A stretch of 64,000 bases of DNA from Promethearchaeota archaeon Loki_b31. GTDB lineage: Archaea; Asgardarchaeota; Lokiarchaeia; Sigyniarchaeales; SOKP01. Shown here piece after piece: positions 1-10,826 of this stretch. The stretch lies in the NCBI GenBank assembly GCA_005222975.1, contig NJBI01000005.1:63447-127446 (forward strand), written 5' to 3'. The translations under genes were made by a program, and so were the position numbers. How positions within the stretch are numbered: position 1 is the stretch's first letter; every line of letters begins with the position of its first letter. The notes beneath the pieces were generated by a model. That model worked only from the letters and a program-made list of their open reading frames with translations. It was not told the DNA's origin and did not search any database.

Positions 1-129
1 CATTACGCGCATAATCCTTAGATTTGCGGGTCGCTGCATGCGAGATGTTCCAGCTTGGTCAGCGCCAGCGTATGTACACCAGTTACAACATATACCTAAA
101 ATGAATGGATTAAATTCGCTTTCGGTCAT
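1..129 (-). CDS. mvhD: Hydrogenase iron-sulfur subunit MvhD/VhuD (N-terminal part; runs off window start)
   Basis: Not in ORF track. Manual translation from ATG at 129: MTESEFNPFILGICCNWCTYAGADQAGTSRMQRPANLRIMRVM, matching the MvhD CCxWCxYxGADxAG..R..RVM motif; all Cys (no UGA) in the visible part. Confidence 0.9.
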   Translation of the reverse strand, partial: MTESEFNPFILGICCNWCTYAGADQAGTSRMQRPANLRIMRVM

Positions 130-309
130 TGTTATTCAATAATATAATTTTTAGGATAAATCAGTTAATAAGTTTATAGTCTATAAAAATTATGATATAA
201 AATTAATTTTTAAAAAGTATATTATTTTAAAAAATTTAGTATAAGACTTTTTAAAGTTGTTAAATAAATAATAATATTCAAAAAAGTCAAAAGGAAATTA
301 TAAATCTAA

Positions 310-1290
310 ATGGTAGATTCAATAATCTCTAAATTGCTCAATTCTGACGAACCTTCGATAAGGTATAAAGTTTTAGTAAAAATTTTAGGCGAAAATCCTA
401 ACTCTAAAGAAATTGAAGACCTTCAGCATCAAATAAAAATATCTCGTCGGGTACAATCATTACTCTCTGAGAGGGATTCTGATGGAAGGATTCCGTTTCA
501 TCCTTATAGAAAATGGTACGGTGCTCATTGGGTATTGACCAGCTTAGCAGAGCTTCATTATCCTTCTGGAGACAAAACCCTTATCCCCTTAAGAGAACAG
601 ATCTATGAGTGGCTATTTTCAAAGAAACAATTAAACGATTTTAAAAATATTGATGGAAGAGTTAGAATCCATGCTTCTATGGAGGGCAATGCAATTTATT
701 CTCTTCTTTCTCTTGGTATAGCTGATAATAGAACAGACGAGTTAGTCAATCGTTTACTGATGTATCAGTGGCAAGATGGTGGATGGAACTGTGATAAAAA
801 ACCTAAGGCTATGAAATCTTCATTTATGGAAAGTCTTATTCCTTTAAGAGCAATGATTTATTATGCTAAAATGAAAAAAAATAGTGATGCTAAGAATGCT
901 AGTATAAAAGCTTCAGATATTTTTTTAAAAAGGAAGCTATTTAAAAGTCAAAAAAATGGTGAAATAATAAAGGAGGATTTTATAACATTACATTATCCTT
1001 GTTACTGGCACTATGATATCCTTTTTGGCCTGAAAGTTTTGGCAGAAGGTGGCTTTATCACCGATCCTCGTTGCAAAGATGCGTTAGATTTATTAGAATC
1101 AAAAAAACTACCTGATGGTGGCTTTCCAGCCGAAAAAAAATATTATATAGCTACAGATCAGTTTAAATCTGGTCGTTCTCTTGTTAATTGGGGTGGAACA
1201 AGCAAGAAAAGAATAAACGAGTTTATAACAACAGATGCTCTTTTTGTATTAAAAAAAGCAAGGTGTTTCAAATCGCTTTTAAATAATTAA
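310..1290 (+). CDS. Hypothetical protein with prenyltransferase/terpenoid-cyclase-like alpha-alpha toroid repeats
   Basis: 326 aa ORF; QW-like repeats (YQWQDGGWNC, KKLPDGGF). Confidence 0.6.
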   Translation: MVDSIISKLLNSDEPSIRYKVLVKILGENPNSKEIEDLQHQIKISRRVQSLLSERDSDGRIPFHPYRKWYGAHWVLTSLAELHYPSGDKTLIPLREQIYEWLFSKKQLNDFKNIDGRVRIHASMEGNAIYSLLSLGIADNRTDELVNRLLMYQWQDGGWNCDKKPKAMKSSFMESLIPLRAMIYYAKMKKNSDAKNASIKASDIFLKRKLFKSQKNGEIIKEDFITLHYPCYWHYDILFGLKVLAEGGFITDPRCKDALDLLESKKLPDGGFPAEKKYYIATDQFKSGRSLVNWGGTSKKRINEFITTDALFVLKKARCFKSLLNN

Positions 1291-1306
1291 AGAAAAGATA
1301 GTCTTA

Positions 1307-2128
1307 TTAAAAAAATTTCAAATGAACTATTTTTGATGCTTTTATTCGCTCAGATTTCTTAATCATAGCTATCGACTTTTTATCCCAATTAGGATTTATT
1401 TTTGTTCTAGCCCAAATTGTATACCAATCATATACTTGAATCTTAGGCGACCACTTTGGAAAAATTTTTGTTGGATTGCCAACTCCAAAGTGAAACCTCA
1501 ATTCTTTTTCACCAGCTTTTTTGGCTCTCAGGTTGACAACTTTATTAGCAAGTTTAGAGGTCGTATCAAAAATCATTTCTGCTCTTGGGAATCGTTTCGC
1601 CATTTCAATAATTAAAGATGATATTTCATCTTCTTTAAAATAATAAACAAAACCACCAGCAATGAAAAAGATTCCATTGTTTAGGTCATATTCAATTTCA
1701 TCGAACCAAGAATAATCGAGGGCAGATTTTGAAATGAATTTATTTCTTTCGGATTCAGATAAGAGGGTTTTACGGAATGAGATAGCTGAAGGCAAATCTA
1801 AATCATACCACTTGATTGTGCCATTATCAACTCTATAAAAAGTAGTGTCTAATCCGGCTCCAATATTAACGATTATAGCAGATGGATAGTTTTCAATAAA
1901 TTCTTTAACCGCTATATCAAAATTTTTAGCTCTTGCCATTAATCCTAATCCACGCCATTCACCAAGATAATTTTTGATATTTGAGAAATCATAATCCACA
2001 TTTTTAATGATATCTATAGCTTTTAAATCGTTTAATAATTCAGGATATAACTGACTATACTTCGCTCGAGCCCATAATGGCCCTAACATTGTTTCCTCTA
2101 CTTTTTCATCAAAAATCGTATCAGTCAT
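1307..2128 (-). CDS. Class I SAM-dependent methyltransferase (leucine carboxyl methyltransferase/TcmP-like)
   Basis: ETML.PLWARA, VNIGAGLDTTFYRVD, WYDLDLP motifs. Confidence 0.85.
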   Translation of the reverse strand: MTDTIFDEKVEETMLGPLWARAKYSQLYPELLNDLKAIDIIKNVDYDFSNIKNYLGEWRGLGLMARAKNFDIAVKEFIENYPSAIIVNIGAGLDTTFYRVDNGTIKWYDLDLPSAISFRKTLLSESERNKFISKSALDYSWFDEIEYDLNNGIFFIAGGFVYYFKEDEISSLIIEMAKRFPRAEMIFDTTSKLANKVVNLRAKKAGEKELRFHFGVGNPTKIFPKWSPKIQVYDWYTIWARTKINPNWDKKSIAMIKKSERIKASKIVHLKFF

Positions 2129-2130
2129 TT

Positions 2131-3129
2131 CTAATCTTTACTCTCGAGTTGCTTTTTAAGTTCTTCTTTTTCTCCTTCTAATTTCTCAATTTGTCTGTCT
2201 TTCTTTTTCATTTTTAATTCTTGGATGGTAATGCCTTGTAAACTGAGTAATTTTTTAATTAGTATATATGAAGCGAAAGAAATCCCAAACAGGTAAAAGA
2301 GATTTATCGTCCAGATGAATGGTGCAATCGAAGTATAAAATGGTAAATTTATAAATGGTGCTATTAGTGCAAAGATTCCTATTATCGCAATTGCAATCAT
2401 AAGTACATATCTTTCATATTCTTTACGTTCAGATCTAAAAAAGACATATAATCTTAACCAGTAAAATATACACAAAAAAGCTAATGGGGTAAAGATTAAA
2501 GAGCCAATAGCTATCACCAATAAAAAATTTATTGCGAACTTGATTCTCCATGATTCAAGTAAATCCTTTACAGTTAGCTGATCTTGTTTTTGAACCTTTG
2601 CATAATCACCCTTAAGAGTGAAAAACTTTTTCTTAACTTTTCTTGCGGCCCCCTTTGCTCCATTTTTGAATGTCGAGAATTTACTTAATTCTATTCCTTT
2701 ATAGAATTTATCTTTCATCAATGGAAAAAGATAAAGCGTTAGAAGCAGAGATAGGATTCCGTAGAAGTACATTAAAATATCAATTACTAACCAAAACCCT
2801 CCTGGAGAGAATAGAGTATTTCGAAAATAACTTGAAATAATCAAGTAAATTGCATAACCAATAAAAACAAACGGAACGACAATTTGTATAGTAATTACAA
2901 TATTAGTTCCTCTTTTATCCAATTTTTCACTAGCTCCATCTAAAAGAATTAAAAATCCATTCGCAATACTAAGAATCAATCCAAACCCTGATAGAAATTT
3001 AACAGCATAGAAGAATATAATTGCTGTTAGATTTAGGGTAATATTCCCAAAAATCATTAAAATCAACATTAAAACGAAAGATATCGATAACCCTAAAATA
3101 AAAAAAATTCTTAAATTTTTTTCTTTCAT
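2131..3129 (-). CDS. Multi-pass membrane protein of unknown function with C-terminal coiled coil
   Basis: 332 aa, about 7 hydrophobic segments, K/E-rich tail. Confidence 0.7.
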   Translation of the reverse strand: MKEKNLRIFFILGLSISFVLMLILMIFGNITLNLTAIIFFYAVKFLSGFGLILSIANGFLILLDGASEKLDKRGTNIVITIQIVVPFVFIGYAIYLIISSYFRNTLFSPGGFWLVIDILMYFYGILSLLLTLYLFPLMKDKFYKGIELSKFSTFKNGAKGAARKVKKKFFTLKGDYAKVQKQDQLTVKDLLESWRIKFAINFLLVIAIGSLIFTPLAFLCIFYWLRLYVFFRSERKEYERYVLMIAIAIIGIFALIAPFINLPFYTSIAPFIWTINLFYLFGISFASYILIKKLLSLQGITIQELKMKKKDRQIEKLEGEKEELKKQLESKD

Positions 3130-3321
3130 TATAGGCTATAATAAGAGTATAGGATTAATAATCTTTAGTATGGATCTAAAGCTAATTAAAAATTCAATTC
3201 AATTGCTTTTTAATGATATCAAGAGATTATAAGACATATATTTAAATAATATTCGAGAACAGTTACTTTTATATGTATTTCTTAAATCAATAATCAAACA
3301 TAATTTGAGGTAAATTTCATA

Positions 3322-4983
3322 GTGGTTAATGATGTCTTTACATTTTTAGTTGGAGGAAAGGCGGGAGAAGGCGTAAAGAAAGCAGGATCAGTGGCAGCTC
3401 ATATATTTTCTAGTATGGGACAGCGTGTATTTCAAATGGACGATTATATGAGCCTAATTAGAGGAGGACACAATTTTTCTATAGTTAGTACTTCCACTAG
3501 ATGGATTACTAGCCATTACATGAAAGCGGATCTTCTTGTTAACTTTGATAAGCGAAGTTGTGAAACTCACATTAACGATGTTGCTGATTGTGGAGTTATT
3601 ATCTATAACTCAGACGAACAAAAAGATGTTAATGGTGTTGGAATTCCATTCAGTTCAGAAGCTGAAAAATATCCCATGAAAAGCCTGATGTACGGTGTAG
3701 GGGCTGTAGCAATTTTAGCATCAGCAATAGGATTCAAAAAAGAGCAAATGAATCAATGTATTAAGAATCAATATCCAAGAGGTATCGAAGATAACATTAA
3801 ATTTGCAAATACCATCTACGATATGGTAAAAGGCGGGTGTCAAGGTAAATTTTTATTAAGTAAAGGAGAAAAAGAAAGACCAATTATTACAGGTAACGAA
3901 GCAATAAGTCTGGGAGCTATAGCTGGCGGTTTAGATACATATTTTGGATATCCTATGACGCCAGCATCTTCAATATTACACTTTTTAGCAAAGCAAGCAG
4001 AAAACTTTGGGTTAGCAGTCGTTCATGCTGAAAGCGAACTTGCTGTAATTAACATGGCTATTGGTTCCGCGTTTACTGGGGCAAGATCAATGGTTGGAAC
4101 CAGTGGCGGAGGTTTCGCGCTTATGACCGAAGGCATTTCCCTAGCAGGGATTACTGAAGCTCCTATTCTCATAGTCTTATCACAAAGACCAGGACCTGCT
4201 ACAGGGGTACCTACTTATACCGAACAAGCTGATCTAAGTTTTGCTCTTTCTGCTGGTCACGGTGACTTTTTGCGTATAATAGCATCTCCTGGAACGATAG
4301 AAGAAGCTTATTATTTAACTGCGGAAATGCTAGATCTTGTCTGGAAGTTTCAAACACCAGGAATTCTGCTCACGGAGAAACATTTATCAGAATGTAGCAT
4401 GACAATTGATATTGATGTAGATAAGGCAAAATGGGCAAAACCTAAAATGCATCAAGGGGAAAATTATAAAAGATATCATGACGCTGAAGATGGAATTTCT
4501 CCAATGCTATTTCCACCGTCGAAAGAAGTAATTAAGTGGAATAGCTACGAACACGATGAATTTGGCGTAACGACTGAGAATGCCGAGATGATAGCAAAAA
4601 TGCATGATAAGAGAAATAAAAAACTTAAAGCACTTGTAGAATATTTAAAGAGTCAATATACTGTTAATATTATTCGAGGAGAGATGACCACTAATCTTTT
4701 TGCGTATGGTTCGACTTACATGAGCGTTTTAGAAGCTCTTAGGTATGGGGGATTAAACCCTACAATCGTTCAACCAATATATTTGAACCCATTACCAATA
4801 TGGGAATTAGAGGAATTTAGAAATCAAGACAATGTAGTAATTGAACAAAGCTCTACAGGACAATTTACAGCTCTTTTAAAAGAAAAAGCAGAGTTAAAAA
4901 TAAGAAGTACGATTAAAAAGTATGATGGACGCCCATTTGATCCAATTGAATTATCAAAAAAGATTAAGGAGGTGCTGTATTAA
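3322..4983 (+). CDS. 2-oxoacid:ferredoxin oxidoreductase, fused gamma-alpha subunit
   Basis: GGKAGEG, IRGGHN, GYPMTPAS, ESELA, TSGGGFALMTE, QRPGPATG motifs; substrate specificity not determinable. Confidence 0.92.
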   Translation: MVNDVFTFLVGGKAGEGVKKAGSVAAHIFSSMGQRVFQMDDYMSLIRGGHNFSIVSTSTRWITSHYMKADLLVNFDKRSCETHINDVADCGVIIYNSDEQKDVNGVGIPFSSEAEKYPMKSLMYGVGAVAILASAIGFKKEQMNQCIKNQYPRGIEDNIKFANTIYDMVKGGCQGKFLLSKGEKERPIITGNEAISLGAIAGGLDTYFGYPMTPASSILHFLAKQAENFGLAVVHAESELAVINMAIGSAFTGARSMVGTSGGGFALMTEGISLAGITEAPILIVLSQRPGPATGVPTYTEQADLSFALSAGHGDFLRIIASPGTIEEAYYLTAEMLDLVWKFQTPGILLTEKHLSECSMTIDIDVDKAKWAKPKMHQGENYKRYHDAEDGISPMLFPPSKEVIKWNSYEHDEFGVTTENAEMIAKMHDKRNKKLKALVEYLKSQYTVNIIRGEMTTNLFAYGSTYMSVLEALRYGGLNPTIVQPIYLNPLPIWELEEFRNQDNVVIEQSSTGQFTALLKEKAELKIRSTIKKYDGRPFDPIELSKKIKEVLY

Positions 4984-4984
4984 T

Positions 4985-5824
4985 ATGAATAATCTTAAAA
5001 CATACGCCGAAATTACTTGGTGCAAAGGGTGTGGAAATTTTGGAATCTTTACAGCTTTAAGAAACGCCATTCCAAAACTAGAAGAAAAAGGAATCAAAAG
5101 GGAGGATATTGTAATGACGGCGGGTATAGGATGCCACGCAAAAATCTTCGATTATTTAAACCTGAGCGGTCTTTATTCATTGCATGGGAGAGAAATAGCC
5201 ACTGCCTCTGGGTTCAAGCTTTCTAATCCTAATCTAAAAGTACTAACTTTTTCTGGTGATGGAAGTGGATTAGGAGAAGGTTTAGCCCATACTCTTTTTG
5301 CTGCAAAACGTAACATGGATATCAACATGATATTGCATAATAATGGAGTTTATGCATTAACGACAGGTCAGTTTTCTCCTTTAACTCAAGAGGGTTGGAA
5401 AGGTCCAACAACTCCAAAGGGAAGTTTTGAAATCCCCTTTAATCCAATTTCCTTACTCATTGAAGTAGGTGCAACATTTGTAGCGAGATGTTATGCAGGT
5501 GATATTAACCACTTGACTGAAACTCTAATCAGAGGTATAGAGCATGAAGGTTTTTCATTCATCGAAATTTTACAGCCTGCTATGCCTTATCATAAATGGG
5601 AAGAATATCGTAGTGAGATTGAATTTCTTGATAAAGAACCAAAGACAAAAGAAGAAGCTTTAACTGTCGCGAGGAATTCACATAGGTTTACTTTAGGAGT
5701 TTTTCATCAAGCTAGCAGACAAGTATATCATAAAGGCTTATATGAAGACCATAACCCAATTATAAACAAACTGTCGAGGGATGCACGATTAGATAAAATC
5801 CGTAAAATTTTAGGATTTAAATAG
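4985..5824 (+). CDS. 2-oxoacid:ferredoxin oxidoreductase beta subunit (TPP-binding)
   Basis: TWCKGCGNFGI, GIGC, GDG...NN motifs; start moved to ATG 4985 just after the alpha stop (GGAGGTG upstream). Confidence 0.92.
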   Translation: MNNLKTYAEITWCKGCGNFGIFTALRNAIPKLEEKGIKREDIVMTAGIGCHAKIFDYLNLSGLYSLHGREIATASGFKLSNPNLKVLTFSGDGSGLGEGLAHTLFAAKRNMDINMILHNNGVYALTTGQFSPLTQEGWKGPTTPKGSFEIPFNPISLLIEVGATFVARCYAGDINHLTETLIRGIEHEGFSFIEILQPAMPYHKWEEYRSEIEFLDKEPKTKEEALTVARNSHRFTLGVFHQASRQVYHKGLYEDHNPIINKLSRDARLDKIRKILGFK

Positions 5825-6059
5825 TTTTTAGGTCAATTATTTGATGTTTGCTTGGGGTAAATATCCATTCGTTTTTACATTTTTTAGAACAAAAATAGTA
5901 TTTTGCTGGTTCTTGAGTGATATTTATAAAGACAAATTTGTAAGGTCTATCATAATTATTCTGATACAGTTTTAAATGTTTTCCACACAATTCACAATTT
6001 TTTTTCAAGATGATCATACTTCCATTTATTTCGCCTGCGGAATCTTTAAATAATTTCAT
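5817..6059 (-). CDS. Small TRASH/MYM-like zinc-binding protein
   Basis: CELC ... YYFCSKKC pattern. Confidence 0.55.
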   Translation of the reverse strand: MKLFKDSAGEINGSMIILKKNCELCGKHLKLYQNNYDRPYKFVFINITQEPAKYYFCSKKCKNEWIFTPSKHQIIDLKTI

Positions 6060-6195
6060 TTTTTTAATTTTCTAATATTTTCCTTTTTATCTTCTTAATG
6101 GTATTATAGTTTACCTATAAAATTATTGTTTCTCTATATAATAGATAAAAAGATAATATGAGAAAATAACAATAATGAAAGAAAATGTTAAAACA

Positions 6196-7554
6196 TTATT
6201 CTAAATCGGTTCGACCTATTGCTCTAAATGGCAAAGCGCTATTAAACTCTTCGTAATCGAAAAGTCTTCTTCCATCTACAAGGTTCGGAGTTTTCATTTG
6301 CTTCTTGAAATCGTCTGGCATAAGTTTTTTAAACTCGTCCCACTCCGTAATTATTATTGCACACTCAGAATTTTTTAAAGCTTCTTCAATTGACTCGGCA
6401 TATTTTATTTTATCTCCCATTTCCATTTCAGCATTTTTATTTGCTTTAGGATCATATCCGATGATATCAGTTATACCTCTTTTTCTTAATTCATTAACAA
6501 CCCTAATACTAGCAGCTTCCCGCATATCGTCCGTACCTGGCTTGAAAGCAAGACCTAATAAGGCTACTTTTTTACCAGCTAATTTTCCTGCCAATTGTTC
6601 AGCCATATCAACGATGTGGATTGCTTGATCGTCGTTAATGCCTAAAACTGCTTCCAATAATCTTGAAGTATATCCTTTTGATTTAGACCACGCTTTTATT
6701 GCGTTCACATCTTTATGAAAACAAGAACCTCCAAAACCCACTCCAGCATTTAAAAATCGAGAATTTAATCTGTAATCGAGCCCTACTCCTTTCATAACTT
6801 GGGCTATATCTACATTTGGTACTAACTCAGCAAAATTCGCGAATTCATTAGCATAGCTGATTTTAGTAGATAAAAGGCAGTTGTTTCCGTATTTAACTAA
6901 TTCAGCGCTTTCTAGATTTATTCTTAATATAGGGCAATTTTGTAAGTGGTCACCATAGAAATATTCGTAAAACTCTTGAAGCATGGCGCCACTCTTCTTG
7001 TCAATCTCACCTATTACGATCCTATCTGGGCGAAGCGTATCTTCAATCGAACGACCCTCCGCTAAAAATTCGGGTTGCATGCATAAGCCAAAATCTTTTC
7101 CTGGAACCTTTCCAGATACTTCAGTAATTATTTTTCCTACCAGATTCCTCGTAGTACCGGGAACTACGGTAGATCTTACAACAACTAAATGATATTTATC
7201 CTTTTGCTTTAGAGCCTCTCCTATTTCCCTAGCTGTACTCTCAATATAGCCTAAGTCTATGCTTTTATCTTCTCGCATGGGAGTACCTTGAGTAATCATA
7301 GAAATATCCGTTTCGAGTACCGCTTTTACGGGATTCAGCAAGCACTGTAATAGTTCTGGTTTATTAGCTTTAATATCGTCCATCATTTCTTGTAAATCCG
7401 CTTCGTAAAATGGTGCCTTTCCATCATTAATCATTTTAGCCTTCTTTTCATTATGAGTGGATGCTAAGACTTGTATGTCTTTCCCAGCGAAACATGCAGC
7501 ACTACATAAACCGATAAATCCAGTCCCTAAAATCGAAACGCTATACTTATACAT
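6196..7554 (-). CDS. ugd: UDP-glucose/GDP-mannose dehydrogenase family protein
   Basis: GTGFIG Rossmann, RSTVVPGTT, PEFLAEG, GFGGSCFHKD, GLAFKPGTDDMRE. Confidence 0.92.
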   Translation of the reverse strand: MYKYSVSILGTGFIGLCSAACFAGKDIQVLASTHNEKKAKMINDGKAPFYEADLQEMMDDIKANKPELLQCLLNPVKAVLETDISMITQGTPMREDKSIDLGYIESTAREIGEALKQKDKYHLVVVRSTVVPGTTRNLVGKIITEVSGKVPGKDFGLCMQPEFLAEGRSIEDTLRPDRIVIGEIDKKSGAMLQEFYEYFYGDHLQNCPILRINLESAELVKYGNNCLLSTKISYANEFANFAELVPNVDIAQVMKGVGLDYRLNSRFLNAGVGFGGSCFHKDVNAIKAWSKSKGYTSRLLEAVLGINDDQAIHIVDMAEQLAGKLAGKKVALLGLAFKPGTDDMREAASIRVVNELRKRGITDIIGYDPKANKNAEMEMGDKIKYAESIEEALKNSECAIIITEWDEFKKLMPDDFKKQMKTPNLVDGRRLFDYEEFNSALPFRAIGRTDLE

Positions 7555-7763
7555 TTTCGTTACTCTTATTAAATTAAATTCTTTTAATTATCAATTTTGG
7601 ATATTGTTAAAACTTTTTGCAATTCTACAAATAAATTTATAATATAATGAAATGTATTAAATTTATGATCTCTTCCAATGAAAGTTGGAAGTATGGGAAT
7701 TCTTTGGGTAGAATTCAAAATTCATATATAAAATATTAACAAAAAAATAAGGTAAATGATAAA

Positions 7764-9050
7764 ATGAACGATTTGAGAAAAAAATTGAAAATTCCAGACG
7801 ACGCATTAAAAGTAATAAACGATTTCTTATTGGACGAAAAAAATCCACTGATAAACGATCTTTTAGATATAGTAGATAAATATGGCGGAATAGAGGAGAT
7901 TAATAGAAAGGCAGAAGAAGCCAGTAAATTAGAAAACTTACTCGAAAAATTAAAAAAGAAAAAGCCAGAATATGTTAAGGATATTGAGTGGTTGATTTCT
8001 CAACGCGGCAATAATTCTTTTATTAGCATAGTAGATTATAGAAAAAAGATTTTAGGCGATAAAGCGTCTGAAATGACTTTCGACGAAGACTTTGCTATAA
8101 CATTAGAACTTTCTGCGTGTCAATACTTCCCTTTCTTGATGGATATGGTAAGAGACGCCGTTAAAAATCAAAAAATAGTACCTGGTAGAATCATTCGCGT
8201 AAGATACATGAAAGAACAGGAAGAAGACGGGGATTTACTAGCTATGGCAGCGGCAATGCAAATTATTGGTTCGACTTGGGTCGAAACTCTTGACACAAAG
8301 GGAACTGCCCCTGGTCCAGATGGTATGCCTGTAAATGTACATCTTGGTGGTCCCGAAACTATTACTGGCTATTTTGGAGGTGTTGGACAACCAAACAATT
8401 TTGCGTTAAAATGGGTTGATGAATATCTTTATTATTATACTAACTACGGCATTAAACAGGTTCTTAATGTGAATCCAGGCACTGTTTTATTAGGTTATTT
8501 TATCCATAAACTTGGTATCAACAACGAATTTAAAATTAGTGTATACATGGGTAATGATAACCCGTATTCTTGTCTTTGGACATTATTGACCGCTAAATTG
8601 TTTGCACGGGAGGATGGAACTAGTCCCTTGATTGGCTTTAACCTTGCCAATTCAGTTAATAATGAAACTATTGAAGTAACTGCCTATATTAGAAAAGAAT
8701 TTGGGTTTGAAGATGTAGTACGAATAGAACACCATATAACTGAAACATGGAAAAGTATTGTAAGGCAGCCTTATGATCGTCGAGACGAATTAATGGAATT
8801 AGCTAAGAAAGTGAAGAATGTAAGTGCGAAACATGAGGGAGCAAATGTTGATGTTGACGAAAAACGGGATCATCCTACAGATATCCTTGAATATTTCATG
8901 ACTAAGGAGGATATTGAAGAAGCGGGAATATGGGAAGCATTACGCATAAACCTTCTCGACCGATACGAAGCTATTAATACTACAGCTGAAGCTCTAACCA
9001 AAAAGGGACTAACATTTATAGCTGCTAAGAATTTACATCATCGGGAATAA
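7764..9050 (+). CDS. Conserved-looking hypothetical protein, co-oriented 19 nt upstream of the dapA-fae fusion
   Basis: 428 aa ORF with Gly/His-rich enzyme-like motifs (ETLDTKGT, HLGGPETITGYFGG, RIEHHITE, SAKHEG); family not recognised. Confidence 0.75.
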   Translation: MNDLRKKLKIPDDALKVINDFLLDEKNPLINDLLDIVDKYGGIEEINRKAEEASKLENLLEKLKKKKPEYVKDIEWLISQRGNNSFISIVDYRKKILGDKASEMTFDEDFAITLELSACQYFPFLMDMVRDAVKNQKIVPGRIIRVRYMKEQEEDGDLLAMAAAMQIIGSTWVETLDTKGTAPGPDGMPVNVHLGGPETITGYFGGVGQPNNFALKWVDEYLYYYTNYGIKQVLNVNPGTVLLGYFIHKLGINNEFKISVYMGNDNPYSCLWTLLTAKLFAREDGTSPLIGFNLANSVNNETIEVTAYIRKEFGFEDVVRIEHHITETWKSIVRQPYDRRDELMELAKKVKNVSAKHEGANVDVDEKRDHPTDILEYFMTKEDIEEAGIWEALRINLLDRYEAINTTAEALTKKGLTFIAAKNLHHRE

Positions 9051-9069
9051 TAAATAGAGGTTAATTTAA

Positions 9070-10560
9070 ATGGGAAAATTTGATTTTAGACCAACAGGAG
9101 TTATGCCAGCATTAGTAACTCCTTTTAATAAAGAAGACGAATCAATTAACGAAGAAAACCTTAGAAATTTAGTAAACCATCTTATAGATCAAGGAGTTAC
9201 GGGACTTGTTCCCGTAGGGACGACTGGAGAGTTCGTTAACATGACTTTTGAAGAACGCTTGAGAGTCATCGAAATAGTCGTCGACGAGACGAATGGTAGG
9301 GTTCCTGTAATTGCTGGAACTGGAGAAACGGGAACAAATTTGGTAATCGATGCCACTAAAGCTGCAACGGACATCGGTGCAGATGCGGCTATAATTGTAA
9401 CGCCTTATTATCTCAAACCTAAGGCAAAAGGGTTGTACGACCATTATTTTACGATAGCAGAAAAAACCGATATACCCTTGGTGTTGTATAATATTCCCGT
9501 CTGTACGGGGGTAGAACTGCCTTGGACTGTTGTAGAAGATCTAGTTGATATAGATAATTTCGTCGCGATAAAGGATTCTAGCGGTGACTACAAATATTTC
9601 TCTGCGTTATTAGAGAAAGTGAGCGATAAAATCTCCGTTCTAATAGGGTGGGACGAAAATGTATTGGGTGCTTTAGCTGGTGGCGCTGCGGGTTGTATAC
9701 TTGGTTCTGCTAATGTTATTCCTAAGGTATGGCTCGAACTTTACGACCATGTAAAAAATAATCGCTTAATTGAAGCACAAACTCTACAAAAGAAAGTGCA
9801 AAAGCTAGCTCGAATGTTAATCAATTCTGGAGCTCTAGGCGCCAAAGAGTGTTTGAATTTGATGGGCATTCCAGTAGGCACAACAAGACGCCCGATCATT
9901 TTAGGAGACGCTCTTTCCTACGAACTCCAAGACGAATTTAGAGTTGAACTTGAAAAGTTAGGATATATCGAAAAGAAAGAAATTAAGTTCGAGATTGATG
10001 ATAAAGAACTAACGAGTCGTTTTTACGCAGTGGGTGTTACACCTGACAAAATTTCTGATTTCAGCTTAAAAGTCGGAGAATCGCTTGTTGGCAGTAGAGC
10101 GGAGTTAGCACATATTGATCTTTTAATAGGAAATAAAAAGGGCCCCGTAGGTGACGCTTACGCTCGTGCTTTAACTCATCCAGCTAAAGGGCGTGAAGGG
10201 TTACAGGTAATTCTCGAACCAAACATGCAAGTCAAACCTGCGACTATTATGATCCCTACAGTTAAAATCACTTCGCTTCGCCACGCAAGTTTGACTTATG
10301 GACCTGCTCAAGCAGCAGTAGCAAAAGCGGTAATGAAATGCGTAGAGGATGGCATTCTTCCTAAAGAAGCAGCAGAGGATATATTAATAATTGTAAATGT
10401 ATTTGTACATCCTAGCGCTAGCGCTCGAAAACGGGTATTTATTAATAACTATAAAGCTACAAGAAACGCCATTCGAAAGGCAATGGAAGGGTTACCAACG
10501 GTAGATGACGCTATTCAAAACGCTGAAAATGCACGTCATCCCTTCAGGAACGATCCGTAA
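9070..10560 (+). CDS. DapA/NAL-family class I aldolase fused to formaldehyde-activating enzyme (Fae) domain
   Basis: N-terminal GTTGE, YNIP, IKDSSG (Schiff-base Lys); C-terminal ~165 aa VGESLVG..LAHIDLLIG.K.GPVG, GPAQAAVAKAV, VFVHP, NYKAT..AI.KAM, HPF typical of Fae. Confidence 0.88.
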   Translation: MGKFDFRPTGVMPALVTPFNKEDESINEENLRNLVNHLIDQGVTGLVPVGTTGEFVNMTFEERLRVIEIVVDETNGRVPVIAGTGETGTNLVIDATKAATDIGADAAIIVTPYYLKPKAKGLYDHYFTIAEKTDIPLVLYNIPVCTGVELPWTVVEDLVDIDNFVAIKDSSGDYKYFSALLEKVSDKISVLIGWDENVLGALAGGAAGCILGSANVIPKVWLELYDHVKNNRLIEAQTLQKKVQKLARMLINSGALGAKECLNLMGIPVGTTRRPIILGDALSYELQDEFRVELEKLGYIEKKEIKFEIDDKELTSRFYAVGVTPDKISDFSLKVGESLVGSRAELAHIDLLIGNKKGPVGDAYARALTHPAKGREGLQVILEPNMQVKPATIMIPTVKITSLRHASLTYGPAQAAVAKAVMKCVEDGILPKEAAEDILIIVNVFVHPSASARKRVFINNYKATRNAIRKAMEGLPTVDDAIQNAENARHPFRNDP

Positions 10561-10826
10561 TTAGAATTTTAAAAATAAATAATTTATTTTTTTATATTTC
10601 TTTATCTTTTCCACTAAAAATAGTCCTAAACTTTTTTTTTTCCATACCTTAACTCACAATGATATTAAATTTATATTTTATTAATTTTCGAATTTTGTAA
10701 TTCTATTAATATAAAAGAATGTATTTAAAACTTTTATAATTGATAATCTGAACATTGAAATTCTTTTCATAAAATTCTATAATAATAATAAAAATAAAAT
10801 CCAAAATCTTCAAGAGGAGAATCATT

